Below are positions 47,601 to 64,000 of a stretch of DNA of 64,000 nucleotides, one piece after another (position 1 is the first letter of the stretch; every line of letters starts with the position of its first letter). The position numbers were made by a program, and so were the translations under genes. Origin of the DNA: the human T2T-CHM13v2.0 reference genome, Homo sapiens; NCBI RefSeq assembly GCF_009914755.1, contig NC_060933.1, one strand, 5' to 3'. The notes under the pieces were generated by a model. The model was given only the letters and a program-made list of their open reading frames with translations, ran no database searches and was not told the DNA's origin.

Positions 47601-47828
47601 TCATACAAGGCCGATGTTTACCCCTTTTACTGCATACCAAGTAGAAGACAAACAACTATTTACTAAAGAAATTCACTTGTCTCCAATCATGCTAAAAATT
47701 TTGAGGCTCATTTGCATACAGTTATTATAATAATTATCAATGTTACATTTATAATCTTAAGCAAATTCAACAGAATTTTTACTTGGCAAACTTTAGTAGA
47801 TATTTGCACCAAGAAATATATACTTAAG

Positions 47829-48095
47829 GGGCAGCATGGTGGCTCACACCTGTAATCCCAACACTCTGGGAAGCCGAGTCAGATGGATCACTTGAGGCCA
47901 GGAGTTCAAGACCAGCCTGGCAAACATGGTGAAACCCCGTCTCTACTAAAAATACAAAAATTAGCTGGGCATGGTGACATGTGCCTATAGTCCCAACTAC
48001 TTGAGAGACTGAGGCAGGAGAATCGCTTGAACCCAAGAAGTGGAGGCTGCAGTGAGCCACGAGACTCTGTCTCAAAAAAAAAAAAAAAAAGAAAA
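47829..48095 (+). mobile_element. AluS with right-arm deletion
   Basis: gtgagccac|gagactctgtctc lacks ~35-40 bp; TSD atatacttaa. Confidence 0.92.
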
Positions 48096-48509
48096 ATATA
48101 CTTAAAGCTACATATTCATATATGTGCATATGCAAGACTAAAAGTTATTAATTTAGACAGTCTCTCCTCATCTCCTATTGTTCTAAACAAGCAAAGTAAT
48201 CTACATATAACATTTCTGCTGATTTTATGTCATTCTCAGTCACAATTTATTAAAGCTGAAGAAAATGTTTAGAATAAAGATGGGAACCTGAGCAGTACAT
48301 GAGGTACCATTGTCTACAAAATGTTTGCAGAAGTATTCATGCTTCTTGAGCAAATTTCTTAATATCTGTGAAAATGTGTAACAGATCAGAACAGGATGGG
48401 GATAATCACAAGGGAACCAGATGCCCTCCTGACAACACTCTTTAAAGTGACACTTTTTCAATAACTACAACTACAATGAAAATGTAAATGGGGGGAAGAA
48501 TGACATAGA

Positions 48510-49740
48510 ATCCATTATTCCTCACTTCACCAAATGCATGTGCCAGGGATTCTTCTAGATCTGGGTATACGTAGTGAATTGAACAGAGTCCCTGCTCACT
48601 AAGACCTTAGGTTCTAGTTGAAGAAAATAGACACTACACAAATAAAGGGAAAAAATAAAGCAAGTTAAGGGGGAAAGAGTAGAGGAAAGATTTAGATAAG
48701 GTAGTCGGAAAAGGCTTCATTAATGAAGTGGCATTTGTGCAGAAATCCGAGTGAAGTGAGAAAGCAAATCATGAAAATGTCTCAACCAATACTCCAGGCT
48801 GAGAAAACAGTGAGTACAAAGGCTTTAAGAAAGATCAGATCTTATAGGATGTGGAAGGTTACTAGAAGGGCTTTCTCTTTCATTCCAAGTGCGATGGGAA
48901 GCCATTTAAGGATTAAAGTGACAAAATGACATGATCAGATTTATGTTTTGAAAGAATCATTCTAACTACTGGTCAGCGACTAATCTGTAACATGACAAGA
49001 GTGGGAAAAGACAAGCTACTTGAGGCAATTGACATAGTCCATGCAGAGACTACAGCAACTTGGACTAGAGTGGTAGCAGTGGAGATGTTAAGAAAGGGTC
49101 ACAGTCTGGATATATTTTTAAGGCTAAACACAACAGATACACTGATAGAATGGGTACAGATTATGAAGGTGAGCAAAGGACTCAAAGTTTGTGGCCTGAA
49201 CAATTAGATAGATGGAGGTCCCATTTATTAAAATGGGGAATACTGAGGTCACAAAGATTTGGGGTATGGAACTGAAGTCTTCAGTTTTACAGTTTTTAAG
49301 GTGGAGTTGCCCAAGAGGCAAATTGGACATAAGAGTTGAAAAGTCAAGGAAGAGATTTGGACTAGATATAAATCTGGGAATCATTACCTCATGGGTATGG
49401 ACCAGATGTGATCACATCTTTTTGTATGTTTTTAAAAAGTAAAGAAATGGGAGGGCTGACCCCTTGGTTACACTGACATTAAGGAGTCTGGAAGATAAAG
49501 GACACCTCACACAAGAGACAGAAAAAGAATGGATAAACAACAGGAAACAAATGTTGTCCCTAGAAGCCTGATGAAGAAAGTGTTTCAAAGAGGGAGTGAT
49601 CAATTGTGTCAAACATTCTAAGGGCTAGAGTAAGACAAAGATTGAGAATTAGCTACAGAATTTGACAATGCGTAGTCACTGGTGACTTTAACCAGAAAGA
49701 TTACCATGGAGGAGTAGGGAGAAATATCTAATTGGAATGA
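48510..49740 (-). mobile_element. L2 LINE
   Basis: tgtgccagg...ccctgctc...aagaccttaggttctagt; gggaagccatttaagg; ctagatataaatctgggaatcatt; gtcactggtgacttta. Confidence 0.85.
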
Positions 49741-49844
49741 AAAGTAAAACATCAATGATCAGAGAGGGTAGTCAGCACAAATCTCATTTAAAATGTGCTT
49801 GTTTACACCACAATCCAAAAATATGGCCCTTGTGTGCCCATGCA

Positions 49845-49887
49845 GACACACACACACACATACACACACACACATACACACACACAC
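49845..49887. repeat. Interrupted (CA)n microsatellite
   Basis: CA run with TA interruptions. Confidence 0.9.
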
Positions 49888-50898
49888 TTAGTCCTGCTTA
49901 CATGTTCATTCTCCCTGAAATTAGAACTTAACTCAACTTCCAGGGCTATTGACTTCTTTGTAGTATATTTCACTTCAATGTACAACTTTGCATAGCGACA
50001 TTTTTATTTGACAATTTGGAAAAAATCCCTAATAAAGGGTGTCAGAAGATAGAGTTCTGAGGCACCTGGAAAATATAGTTTATATGGGGGATAATGTTCC
50101 CACTAAAATAACTACTCCATTCAGTGTGGCACGAAGATGACCTCAAAGACCTTAGTGTCATTACTCTGTTGACTTTGTTAATAAGGGTAAACACATTTTT
50201 CTTTGACAGACAGAAGCCACAGAAACTTCTCACCCCAGCTGCCAAACAGAAAGGCAAGCTGTGAATGCTGGGTTAAGCCGAGACCTGTCTAAACATGGAA
50301 GCAATCTATTCATTGGTCTGGGTCTAACAATAGCCAACAAATTAGAAGAGGATACTTAAGTGGACTACTCCTGTTTTTACCAAATGGGTTGTTTAATATG
50401 TTGACCTTTATTTGGGGTGTCTGAGCTCACCAAAGAGCACAAACATCACCTCTTAACTTTATGAACAAAAGAATAAACCATACAAGTCATCACTTTACCA
50501 GGACGGATAAGTACTGTTTTAATTAATATGCTAATCTAATGAAACAGCAGACATTAGTTAAATAAGCAAACCATTAGGGTGGGAACATAAATGCCGGCGC
50601 ATGGCATAGATCTATTGATGGTGTCTAGATATTAGCCACAACTCATAAATCCTAAAAAGAGAGAAGTGTGGTCTGTTTCCAAGATTCAAAGTTCTACCGT
50701 TAAATGAAATTGATTGGGTCTATATTACAAGAAATTAACTGGCTCTGTCAACATGGCTAGATCATAAAATCATAATGTTGAAGGGAGGGAGGTGATAAAT
50801 GATGCAATTTGATGCCATTTATGTAAATTTTAAAAAGCACTCACAAAATACTACTACATATTAAATATAGATAGAGAGAGAGAGATAAAGATAGATAG

Positions 50899-51211
<313 letters not shown>

Positions 51212-51603
51212 ACCAGGACAGGGTTTTTTTTTTTTAATAAAGGTATATATGACACACACCAAACTTGATGGTGTTTGCCTTTGGAGGTATTGGGGAAAAA
51301 AATGGGACAAGAAATGAGGGTTAAATGGGATACTAACAGTTCTGGGTGGTGGGAATACAGGTGTTTGTTATGTTCCCTTGTATGGTTTATTATATTTTGA
51401 ATTTTAAAAAGCATCTATAAATAAATGATAATATCTTGAGAACCTACTTCATGAAGTTCTCTGGGAGGAAGGAATTGTGGAGACCTGCAGTTCACATCAA
51501 GAACCCAGGAATGGACACCTCATCTTCAGTCACATGGACTTGCCTGTGCACGGCCCTCAAGGCCCCCCTCCATGTGTGAAGTGCTGCCATGCAGTCGGCT
51601 GTC

Positions 51604-51965
51604 TGTATTCATCCATTTTCACAGTACTATAAAGAAATGCCTGAGACTGAGTAATTTATAAAGGAAAGAGGTTTAATTAACTCACAGTTCTGCATGGCTG
51701 GGGAGGCCTCAGGAAACTTAGTGATGGTGGAAGGCGAAAGTGAAGCAGACACCTTCCTTACAAGGCAGCTGGAGAGAGAAGTGCAAGCCAGGGAAATGCC
51801 AGAAGCTTATAAAACCATCAGATCTCGTGAGAACTCACTCACTATCACAAGAATAGCATGGGGGAAACCGCCCCCATGATCCAATTACCTACCTACCTCC
51901 CTCAACACGTGGGGATTACAGTTTGAGATGAGATTTGGGTGGGGACACAGAGCCAAACCATATCA
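51604..51965 (-). mobile_element. THE1 (C/D-like) MaLR solo LTR
   Basis: tgtatt...taatttataaaggaaagaggtttaatt...ggggacacagagccaaaccatatca; TSD ctgtc/gtgtc. Confidence 0.9.
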
Positions 51966-52589
51966 GTGTCATTTCACAATCCATCTATCCTGGGATAGAG
52001 TGATCATGGAATTCAAGATAGAGTCACAGTTTAACTGTAAAGAGCTAATGATGGTTATAGCTTTCAGCCCAGGCTATCTTTCAGGTGCAGTTTCTCAGCC
52101 AATTGCTCAATGACTCATCAAGACCCACTTAGCCATATATCTGAGAACCAGGAAATGCACCACTCTGGCTCCTCCAGGGACAAAAATTACAAAAAAGTCA
52201 AGGAAACTTAGCAAGATGTAAACCTTTTATCAGAACTCAGAAGCAGCCACAGAGTAAAAAGCTAAGTAGCAAAGAAGTAGCAAAGCTTGTTGACAAATCA
52301 GACTCAGGAAGAACAGTAAAGTATCAATTATGTTAAAATCCAAATTATCATTTTGGCGGGTGCAATTTGGCGTCCAGATGGACCACACTAAACAATTCAA
52401 TTCTACTTAATTATTTAAATATCATTTTGCAAGTCACTTACTTGGCAAGTAGAGCTGCTTCAAATCTGTTTTATGGGAGCCACACTGGGATTTTGCTATG
52501 CAGGGGAAAACTTTCTGTAGTTTCTGCATCATTTGTAGTAGATAACTCTGTTTCAATTGACTGCATGTTCTAGCAAGGAGAAAGGGAAC

Positions 52590-52812
52590 TAATACTCAGT
52601 GATTTTTTTTTTTATATTTGGCAGGCACTGGGCTACATGCTTTCCCATATCATCTCAACTCATTCTCTCAATAGTATAAGATCAATATTAACCCATTCTA
52701 GAAATAAAAAAAACTGTGCTTCAACAGTTGAAGTAACTTGACCAAAGTCATACTTCCAGGAAGTTGCAGATCCAGATTTCAAACTGAGGTTGCTCCAATC
52801 CAAAGGCTTTGT
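52590..52812 (-). mobile_element. MIR
   Basis: ggcaggcactggg...acccattcta...aaactg...gaagtaacttgaccaaagtcatac. Confidence 0.75.
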
Positions 52813-53034
52813 TCTGGAGACAGCTAATTTGAAAAAAAAAAAAAGAAGAAAGTAGTACAGATTTTAAGAGGAAACATCATGAGTAGCCATTACAGTTAAT
52901 GGAAATGAAAATTCCGTGAGAAAGCTGAAGGACTATCTTTAAGAGGACCGGAAGAAACATGAATTTGTTTGCCCCCACCCACACTTCACAATGCTCTGTG
53001 GACTGTGGAAATCTCCCTAACTGAGCTTTAATAA

Positions 53035-53200
53035 TCCAGGATCAAACTTTAACAGGCACATGAGTCCTCTGGGCATCTTGTAAAAAGGCAGATTCCAACC
53101 AGCAGGCCAGGGATGGAGGTGAGGTTCTGCAAGTCTAACAAGCTTCCCGTGGTAATGATATTGCTAGCTCGTGGACCACAGGTTTTGAGTAATAAGGAGC
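53035..53200. mobile_element. MER5-type DNA transposon
   Basis: tcaaacttt...gggcatcttgtaaaaaggcagattc...tctaacaagcttccc...ggaccaca...tttgagtaataagg. Confidence 0.7.
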
Positions 53201-53796
53201 TGTAGAATATTTAACCATTTTCAGGTGATAAAAGCCCCCAGGGACAATCTTCTGCTGATGGAACTCATTAAACCCTGTGAATGACAGGGTTTTCAAAACT
53301 TCTTTAAGTTCTTAGGTTTAGATCTCGTGCAACACACCCTAAAGGATGATTTATCTACAAGGACTTCTCTCAACATCCCCAAAATTACAGATCTGTCATT
53401 TCACCAAATATCAACCTAAACTCTGTGGTCTCTTTTTCTTCAATACATTGTACACATTGATTTCTCAATTAGATAGTCAGCATAAGGAACAAAGTAGTTT
53501 CAGATGAACTTTTTACCATTGACCCTTGATACACTCTGCATCAATGAACAGAGGATCTCATTAAAAACAGCAACAGCTATTGAATAACTCTAAGCATTTT
53601 TAAGTAAAATCTGTCTGATCTCAATAAAATGATCCAAGACGCTTAAGGATCTTTTGAGAGACTTTTTAAGAATATCACCCTGAGGATAACACTGAAGTTT
53701 AAGTATTCCAAACTACTATTTCAGATGGCATTTTAAAAAGGACTGCATTCTAGCAAATTCCTTTTTAATTTATACCAGCACAATTTAATACAAATC

Positions 53797-54456
<660 letters not shown>

Positions 54457-54984
54457 CGCAACTTGAAACAAATCTTCAGATAAACTAGATATGGGCTCTC
54501 CTGTAATTAAAAAAAGAATGACTGTCGTTCTTATCCATTCTGAGAACATACTCCTTCTCTAATGTTCTAAAGAAGATAAACATATTTGTCCACTATAATT
54601 AGGTAGTAGAGTGTTAACTTTGATTATAATTAAGCCAAAGTCCATTTTTGGCCCACATGTCTCTGCCACAAGATAAATAATGATAAACAATTCGGCCCCT
54701 TGGGTTCACTCATCTGATTAACTGGAGGATATTTTGTGGTTAATGGAATCCTGATAAATCTATCATGAGCTCATCAAAATTTAAACTTCTGCATTATATC
54801 ATTAAAGAATCTCAGTCTCAAAATCTTCCAAGAACAGTGAATATTATATTTGGCCACCAAAAAAATCCACTCCCTGTTTTGTTAACTCGTCAGCTCTCTT
54901 TAGACATCCACATCCATACGTAAGCACACCCTCCCAGCCCATGAAGTCAATGTGTTTTGGGGAAAGCCAAGCTCCGCCCCTAGC

Positions 54985-55345
54985 TAGTCAGCCCCAAGGT
55001 AAGCAGAGCATTCCTCTCCCTGGGCAGAATAATTGGTTCAGGGATGGACTCCTGATTCAATTGCAAGTCAATTAAATATGAGAAAAAGGTTTTTTTGTTT
55101 GTCTTTTGGGGACTTTCTTTTGTCACAATCTGGGACTGAAGCTTTTTGACCACAGAGAAGGAAGATCCAGAAGGAATCCTCTCTCCATATTTGAAACAAG
55201 TAGCAATGAAGCCATCTCTTAACCACAAGAGGGAGCCAATCCTTACGTTGAAGCTGACACCATGACAGTAGAGATAGAAACTACGTTCTGGTTGTCCAAC
55301 AGAAACTACTCTTCGTACACCTTTTTGATCTATAAACGGATAGTT
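54985..55345 (+). mobile_element. Old MLT1 (K/L-like) LTR fragment
   Basis: attggttcagggatgg...; gcagccatct-like gaagccatctcttaaccacaagaggg...gaagctgacac. Confidence 0.5.
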
Positions 55346-55616
55346 TTCTAATTGATCTATGAAGACATTTTGAAAGCCCTTTCAAATGACTTGCTTTGGT
55401 TCAAAAGTACACACTGCTGCATTTCCCCTGGCTCCATAGTCCAATATATCTGTCAAAGAAGGAAATGAGGTTACTGTAATGATGACCCAACCAATTCCTC
55501 TTCTTGGAACTCCCGGAAATAAAGCTCACAGTTCAACAGTTTGCAGAATCTCCCTTCCTCCTTTTGAAAACTGGAATGGTAGGTAAAATGGCATTTACCC
55601 ATATCTGATCTTTTAA

Positions 55617-56040
<424 letters not shown>

Positions 56041-56129
56041 TTACAATTTCTTTACCTGTTTGGGGTTCTCTCTTTCCCTTTGCCCAGTCGGAGCTCCTTG
56101 AAGCACAGTTCTAATTAAGGAAGCATTGT

Positions 56130-57815
56130 CATCATTTTCTTTCCTATATTAAATTAGATAGAAGTTTCTTTGTCCCAGAAAAAGTCCAGAGGTAGCTCAC
56201 CCATGGTAGGTGTGGCAGTTTCATAGTCATCATAGTCAGCAATCTTTAGCATAAACCTCATGGTCCAACTGGCTAAGAGTGTCAAGGTTGTCCATATCCC
56301 AAGCAGCACGAAGGAGAAAGAGGTGCAGAAGAATGTGTTCTTCCCTTTAAAGGACTGCATTGGTTATCTTATGCTAGGTTATGCTGTGGCAACAAAGTCC
56401 AAAATAACAGAGGCTTACAACATATTTTTCTCACTCTCTTCACAAGTTGTCTGTGGGTTGGCTGAAACTCTATTCCACATTTTCTCCCATTTGGGAATTG
56501 TTATGGGCTAAATTTGTCACTCCAAAAATTCATACATTGATGTCCTAATACGTAGTAGCTCCGAATATAACTATATTTGGAGATGGGGTCTTTTAAAAGG
56601 TAATTAATTTCAAAATGATGTCATTAGAGTGGGTCCTAATCCAATATAACTGGTGACCTTATAAGAGGAAATTAGGACACAGACATGTGCAGTGTGAAGA
56701 CAGGAGAAGACAGTCATCTATAAGCCAAGGAGAGACGCCTGGAACAGATCCTTCCCTCGTGGCTCTCAGAATGAACCAGCTCTGCAGACATTGTGATCTC
56801 TGACTTGTAGCCTCCAGAAATTGTGAGAAATAAATTTCTGTTGATTAAGCCACCCAGTCTGTGGTATTCTAACAGCCTTAGCAAACTAACACAGGGATCT
56901 AAACTAAAGAAGCAGGCTTAAGTCTCGTGGCAGAGGGAAGAGAACAATGGCTGATCTATGCAATTTCTCTTAAAGCTTCTGATTGTATGTGGCATTTGTC
57001 ACCTGTTCTTCACATTCCATTGACCAAAGACAATTATATGACCAAACTCTACACTAATTGAGAAACAGAGTAGAATCTTCTTAGAGGGAAACACTGCAAG
57101 TCACATGGTTATGGGGATGGACATATAATTCTTTCACAGGTGGGCAGCAAATGGTAAAAACAATAATAACATTACCACAAAGACACTGTTCTGGTTATCT
57201 ATTACTGTGCAGAAGCTATACCAAAACATAGTGGCTTTGATTTATTATTATTCCTCACAGTTGTGTGGATGGACTGGGTTCAACTGAACAATTGTCATTT
57301 GGGGGTCACTATAGTCAGATGGGGCTGTGTCATCTGAAGGCTCAATTGGGCTGTACATCTAAGATGCATCACTCACATGGCTAGGAGATGAAGCTGGCTG
57401 TCAGCCAGAAGCTCAGCTGGGACTCTAAACCTGAGCATCTGCACATGGCCTTTGCATGTAACTTGGGCTTCTCACAGCACAGCAGGTAGAATGCAGCCTT
57501 AGAACCTGACCAGATTCAAGGTGAGGGAGGTTAGACTGCATCTCTGGATGAAGGATTTGCCAAAGGATGTTTGGCCATTTTTAACCCACCATTGGTCAGT
57601 CCAACTTCCACTATATCTCATTGGCCAGAAGCTAGACATTTGGTCCCATCTAGCATCAAGGGAGGCTGGGAAAATACTTTATGTAACGCAATCTTTTCAT
57701 TTATTTGTTTGTTTATTTATTCACTTATGTAGCAGTGCCCTGCCAAAAACTGAGGTTCTGTTATTAAGGAGGAAGAAGTAAATGGACATTGGGATCAGCA
57801 ATTAGGAGTCTTTGC
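56130..57815 (-). mobile_element. Cluster of old MLT1 LTR fragments (includes MLT1G/H-like 57186-57590)
   Basis: Repeated MLT1 reverse-complement motifs (ctggttatctattactgtg...catagtggctt; ctcacatggct...gaagctcagctggga; cacattccattgacc; ctcattggccagaa). Confidence 0.65.
56499..56893 (+). mobile_element. MLT1B-type MaLR LTR inserted in an older MLT1
   Basis: tgttatgggctaaatt...tatttggagatggggtcttt...taagccacccagtctgtggtatt...gcaaactaacaca; TSD ggaat/gggat. Confidence 0.85.
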
Positions 57816-58399
57816 CATTTCTTCTTTATATATATCCTTTTTATTCAGTGTTCTCTCTTAAAATAATCCCCATCCTCTCTAGAAACTCATCATTTTTTAA
57901 AATCATTTGTTTATTTAACAAAATAATAAATATGCAGTTTTTCAGTTAAATAATAGCCCCCAAAGGCTTATTATAAAAATTTTAAAATAACTATTTTAGA
58001 CTTTTTTTTATAATTCTTCTTTCAACATTTATTTCAAAATTTCTAAACAGAACTCTTTATCTTTTGGAAAGACTTCCTATCCCATCCACTCATAAATTGC
58101 CCACAACTCAATTTCAGGAAAACCCATAGAACCCTTTGTATTTCTGGCAAGATCCTCCCATTCAACATCCCACTATGTATCTGCAGTCTCACATTTCACA
58201 TCATATAGCAGATTATGCCCACGGTGGATGCCATGATAAGAACTGATTTTCATGTCCCCTTAAAGTGATCAGGACTACATGCATCATACATTGCATACCT
58301 GCCATCCCAGTCTCAACAAAGAGTCCACTCCCCAGAGTCATCTCTTACCACGTAGACTCTATCCCCATATGGGTTTGCACCTCCTCTAATCTGACGCAA

Positions 58400-59721
<1,322 letters not shown>

Positions 59722-60933
59722 AAAGGAAAAGTAGGGAAACAGGTGGGAAAAGTATAGGCAGCATAAGCAATGGGCTTTACCTTCTTTCTATCTGTCTTCA
59801 AGGCCAGCTCTGATATCACTGTGGAGGACTGCCAGCCGGAGACCTCGCAGACATGGAAATTAACACCCATCGGAAGTCATAGCACCTGGATCTTAGTCTT
59901 GGTTCTGCCCATCTTACTGCTGCACAAATGTTACTGCCCTAACATGGAGGATTACCAACTTAATGAAAGGCTTAAAACTGCAGAGACATTATTTTCCTGA
60001 TAAAATGGCATAATTGACTTCTATGCCTTATTTCTTTTAATGTATGCAAATGAATGGGAAAGTAGGAGTGGTTTAACTCTTCTGTAAATCTATTTGAACT
60101 CCTTTGGGGAAAGATGTAAATAAGCAGAGCTACATGTTCATTGTAAAGACACAGACGGGATGTTATCACCATTAGTAATAATTTAATTATATCAACTAAT
60201 TGTTATTACCTTCTAATGCATTTATGTAAAGACAAATTTTGTCTTCTTGCTAGCTTTGCCAATAAAACAAAAGAATAATGCTATCCTAGCTGATAAGAAT
60301 AATGACTTCACCTGTCAAAATAGATTTATATCTTGAGTCTCAGTCTCTGCAGCATGTTTTTGCCAGGAATATTCACTTGTCCTTTCTTTCTTTTTTTCTT
60401 TTTTTTTTTAAGGAAGATGACAGCAGGTTTCCACTACTCCTGAGCCTCCCTCTCCAATGATGCTCGGGGCAACAACCCTTCAAAATTAGGTACCAATCAG
60501 TGCCAATTCCTTTGATAACCATTGTAATAACATTAACACGATGAACTAATGAGATATTAATGTGGTTGTAGCAGAAATTTCCATAGGAGTTCCATTGTAA
60601 TTGAGTAGGTTGATAATGTGCCTTAATCTGTGTTCGGCAAATGATGAATAGGGAGAGGCAAAATTCTGATGACTTCCAATTTGTAAGGTGCTTACTCTTT
60701 CAAAAAAGAAAAGAAATTCCTGTTTTTAAAAGCAGATACATATGTGAACATTTGAGAAATCTGAGCCCAGAGTGTCATAACCTCCTCAAGGCATCTCAAG
60801 GCATTTCATACATTTAAATTTCCAAATGGCAGTAGAATTGGGGAGTGAGTATTTAAGATCTCTATTTGACTTTTAGTCTATCAACACCTAGCAAATTATA
60901 ATTACGGAAGGCAGAGCCTTGGAAATTCAGTGA

Positions 60934-61245
<312 letters not shown>

Positions 61246-62379
61246 TAAAGAAAAGAAATACCACACAGAGAGACATGTACACACAGACACACACAGAAGT
61301 ATGCACAAATGTGCACACATACACACATGAGCATATGCATGTTCACTCACACACAGAAGAGCTCCTATTGTTTGGGAAAAATAAAAAAATAAGGTCAAGA
61401 GCCTAGAAAGAAATAAAAAGGGGCACGGTGATAGAAAAGAAAAAGCAAAAGCAAGATTGAAAAGCTGAGATATTCAGAGTCTTTCCATTGGTTTTAAGAG
61501 GATACCTGTAAATAGCCCTGGTTTGAACTCTGCTGAAAGAGACAGGAAAGAACGAGGCCTTTGTATGATTATTTATTCCAGCAAACAACAGCACACGGCA
61601 ACTCAGAGCCTTGCTATTCCCTCAGCTAATATTTGGAAGACATTGTATCTCAAGGGCAAATTCTAAGTGTTCTTCCTCTCTCTAAAGTAAAGAGGAAAGG
61701 GGAAAAAATTGGAGGCTTCCATCATCCAAGGATAAAAAAGAAAATACTGATGAAATTCCACATTGGACATTGTATGAGGAAGATAAAAAATTAAGGAAAG
61801 AGTGTGATGATAAGCTTTGCTTAGCAAATACAAATGAAGGCTATGTAAACCCATGTGATTTTTTTTTTAAGGCAGACTATTGTTAAATTAACTGGCAGCA
61901 TTTCAACATCTCCTTAACAGTAAATGTTGCTGCCAATTCTTTTCATATTTTTACCCCCTCTATGCAAGACCCTCTTCCTTAAACTGCTCCTAATAGTCTC
62001 AGTTCTGAACACAAAGAGGCAGTAGCCTGAGAATTCTCTAGCTTCCTCTGATCTTTCCCAATTCCATTTCCAGCTGATATTTAAATGGCCCCATTTCTCT
62101 GCTTCTCTTGGAAGAAGTGACTTTCTTAGTGTGACTCAGCACCATGTGTTTGCCTGGAGGCCAGCTTCCAGGGCGTTCACTTTTCTACCTCATTACAGCC
62201 AACCTGTAGTTACTAGAGGGAATTATTTAGAATCTGGATTATTCTCCTTCTCCACCTCTATTTTCACCCAGCATTTCTCTACCTGCCAGTGGCCTTACCA
62301 AAATTTTTTATCTGCCTGTAAATTTGACAATGGTAAGAGTTTTCAAAATAAAAGCTTTTAGGCTATGAAGCAGCAGACC

Positions 62380-62610
62380 ATGTAGGATAAAGACCATCAT
62401 CTTGGGATTCAGGAGGGAGGGCCTGTTTGCAAATTCTGGTTTCTCCACTTAGTATCTTTGTGACCTACCACTTAACCTCTCTGCATTTCAGCTTCCTCAT
62501 CTATAAAAATGGAGACAACAAAATCAAAGGTTGTACAAGATGTAAATGAGACAACCTACGAGAAGTACAGAGCACGCTGCCAAGAACTTTGCACACTTGT
62601 TGAGTGAGTT
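62380..62610 (+). mobile_element. MIR
   Basis: tgtgacct...cacttaacctctctg...tcagcttcctcatctataaaaatgg...aaatgagacaac. Confidence 0.8.
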
Positions 62611-63094
62611 TCCCTTCCCCTTTCAAGCAAATGTATTTCCATATAGCAGGCACTTTTTCCCCCATGACACTGAATAATAGTTCGGAACATAAAATGTCAA
62701 GTTTTACTCATTTTACCCCGAAGTCTAAAAAAGGCAGAGGTAAGGAACGAAGCCGTTTTCTCTGCATCTCCCACTCAGCCCTAAGTGGCTAAGAAACTGA
62801 GTGAGGAAGTGAAGAGGGAACAGTAGTCACATCTGTAGTGTTCATTGCTGACTTTTAACATTTTGAGGGCGTGTTCCTGAGACAGTATCTACAGCTGTTG
62901 GAAAGGTCTCTCTACTAGTCTGCCCTCTCCCCCAGTTTCAAACCACTCCACCAAAATCTTCCTTCATTAGATTTTTGTTGGAAGATTCGGAAACCCATGT
63001 TTTCCTGGTTATCCTTCATGATCTTCTGTAATCCCTCAGTTAGCTTACTTCCTGAGACAGTGACCATATATTAACTTAGTGGTTGATTTGCCCA

Positions 63095-63240
63095 TTTAAT
63101 TCATATTTAATGAGTAATTTTCACATGGTAGCTCTGTGCTAGGCATGAGTGATTCAAAGAAAAAAGCCAAGGTTGCAGCCTCGAAGGAGCTTACTATGTA
63201 GTGGGAGAGAAAGGTGAATAAACACATCATTACTATGGAC
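63095..63240 (-). mobile_element. L2 3' fragment
   Basis: tatttaatgag...ctctgtgctaggc...gcagcctcgaaggagcttactatgtagtgggaga. Confidence 0.6.
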
Positions 63241-63462
63241 AGAGGTATTGCGGGAGCACAGGAAAGGGGAGATGAGCCCTACTGTCTTCGGGGATGGAGG
63301 TTTGGAAGAGGATGGGAAGGATACAAAGAAGAATCTAGTTTTGTCGTTTCCGGAGGAACTGGCACCTCAGAGAATTGATCATAATAAAGAAGAGTTACCA
63401 TTCCCAGTAAGTTCCTCTCTTTATCACCACTCTCAACCATCTTTTGTTTTGAAAAAATATGG

Positions 63463-63881
63463 TGTGTTATATTGGGTCCTCCAAAAAGCAGATACCAAAA
63501 CAGAATGAATGTGCAAAAAAACTTATTGGGGAAGCCACTTGTGAGAAAAAACTGGGAGGAAACAGGAGGAAGCTGGGAGAGCTGTCAGATCTTAATGGAG
63601 GTCTGACTCCTGTGAGGAGAGAGAAAAGGAGGCCGAGCCAGGTTTGCAAGAGACCTGGACTGCCATGCAGTTCTAGGGAAATTTTAGCAAGATCAATGCA
63701 TAGTTATGGAGCTTCAGTTGCCTGTCACAGCAGTCCCCATCCCCCAGAATGGGCCTGCCTTAGCATCTCTGCCACACTCGGTCAATAGCAGGGAACAGCC
63801 AGGGGAAGTGTGCCTTGGCATGAACGTGGTGGTGAACTTCCGCGTGCAGTAGCTTGGGGCTTTCAGTTAATTACATTCCTT
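63463..63881 (-). mobile_element. ERVL-type LTR (LTR16/33/41-like), interrupted by an Alu
   Basis: ttgggtcctccaaaaagcagatacc...gtgcaaaaaacttattgggg resembles the reverse complement of the LTR16-class 3' end; subfamily uncertain. Confidence 0.55.
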
Positions 63882-63882
63882 G

Positions 63883-64000
63883 GGCTGAGCACAGTGGCTC
63901 ATGCCTGTAATCACAATACTTTGGGAGGCTGAGGCAGGAAGATTGCTTGAGCCCAGGAGTTTGAGACCAGTCTGGGCAACATAGCAAAACTCCATCTCTA
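63883..64000 (+). mobile_element. AluJ/FLAM, truncated by the window end
   Basis: ggctgagcacagtggctcatgcctgtaatc...cttgagcccaggagtttgagacc. Confidence 0.9.

Overview
Primate (most likely human/hominoid) nuclear DNA, intergenic or intronic and dominated by repeats. I see about 33 Alus, old L1M/L2/MIR fragments, MER5/hAT DNA transposons, several MaLR LTRs (MLT1, MST, THE1), ERVL-type LTR fragments and two ERV9 LTR12 elements. I find no credible intact protein-coding gene: the supplied ORFs are Alu, LTR or L1 translations or chance ORFs, with one exception. That exception belongs to a processed pseudogene of TEN1 (CST telomere complex subunit) at 20399-21186. It is intronless, carries a frameshift and a nonsense codon, and has AATAAA, a poly(A) remnant and a perfect 12-bp target-site duplication. 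Most notable observations: (i) the TEN1 retrocopy, which keeps many CpGs and whose frameshift created tandem CRE half-sites; (ii) a full-length solo LTR12 promoter 3 kb from an oppositely oriented LTR12 that keeps both termini but has lost ~1.2 kb internally; (iii) several candidate enhancers and small rearrangement scars. I found no convincing previously undescribed biological system. Repeat subfamily names and the TEN1 comparison come from memory of consensus and reference sequences, not from a search, and boundaries of old repeats are approximate.
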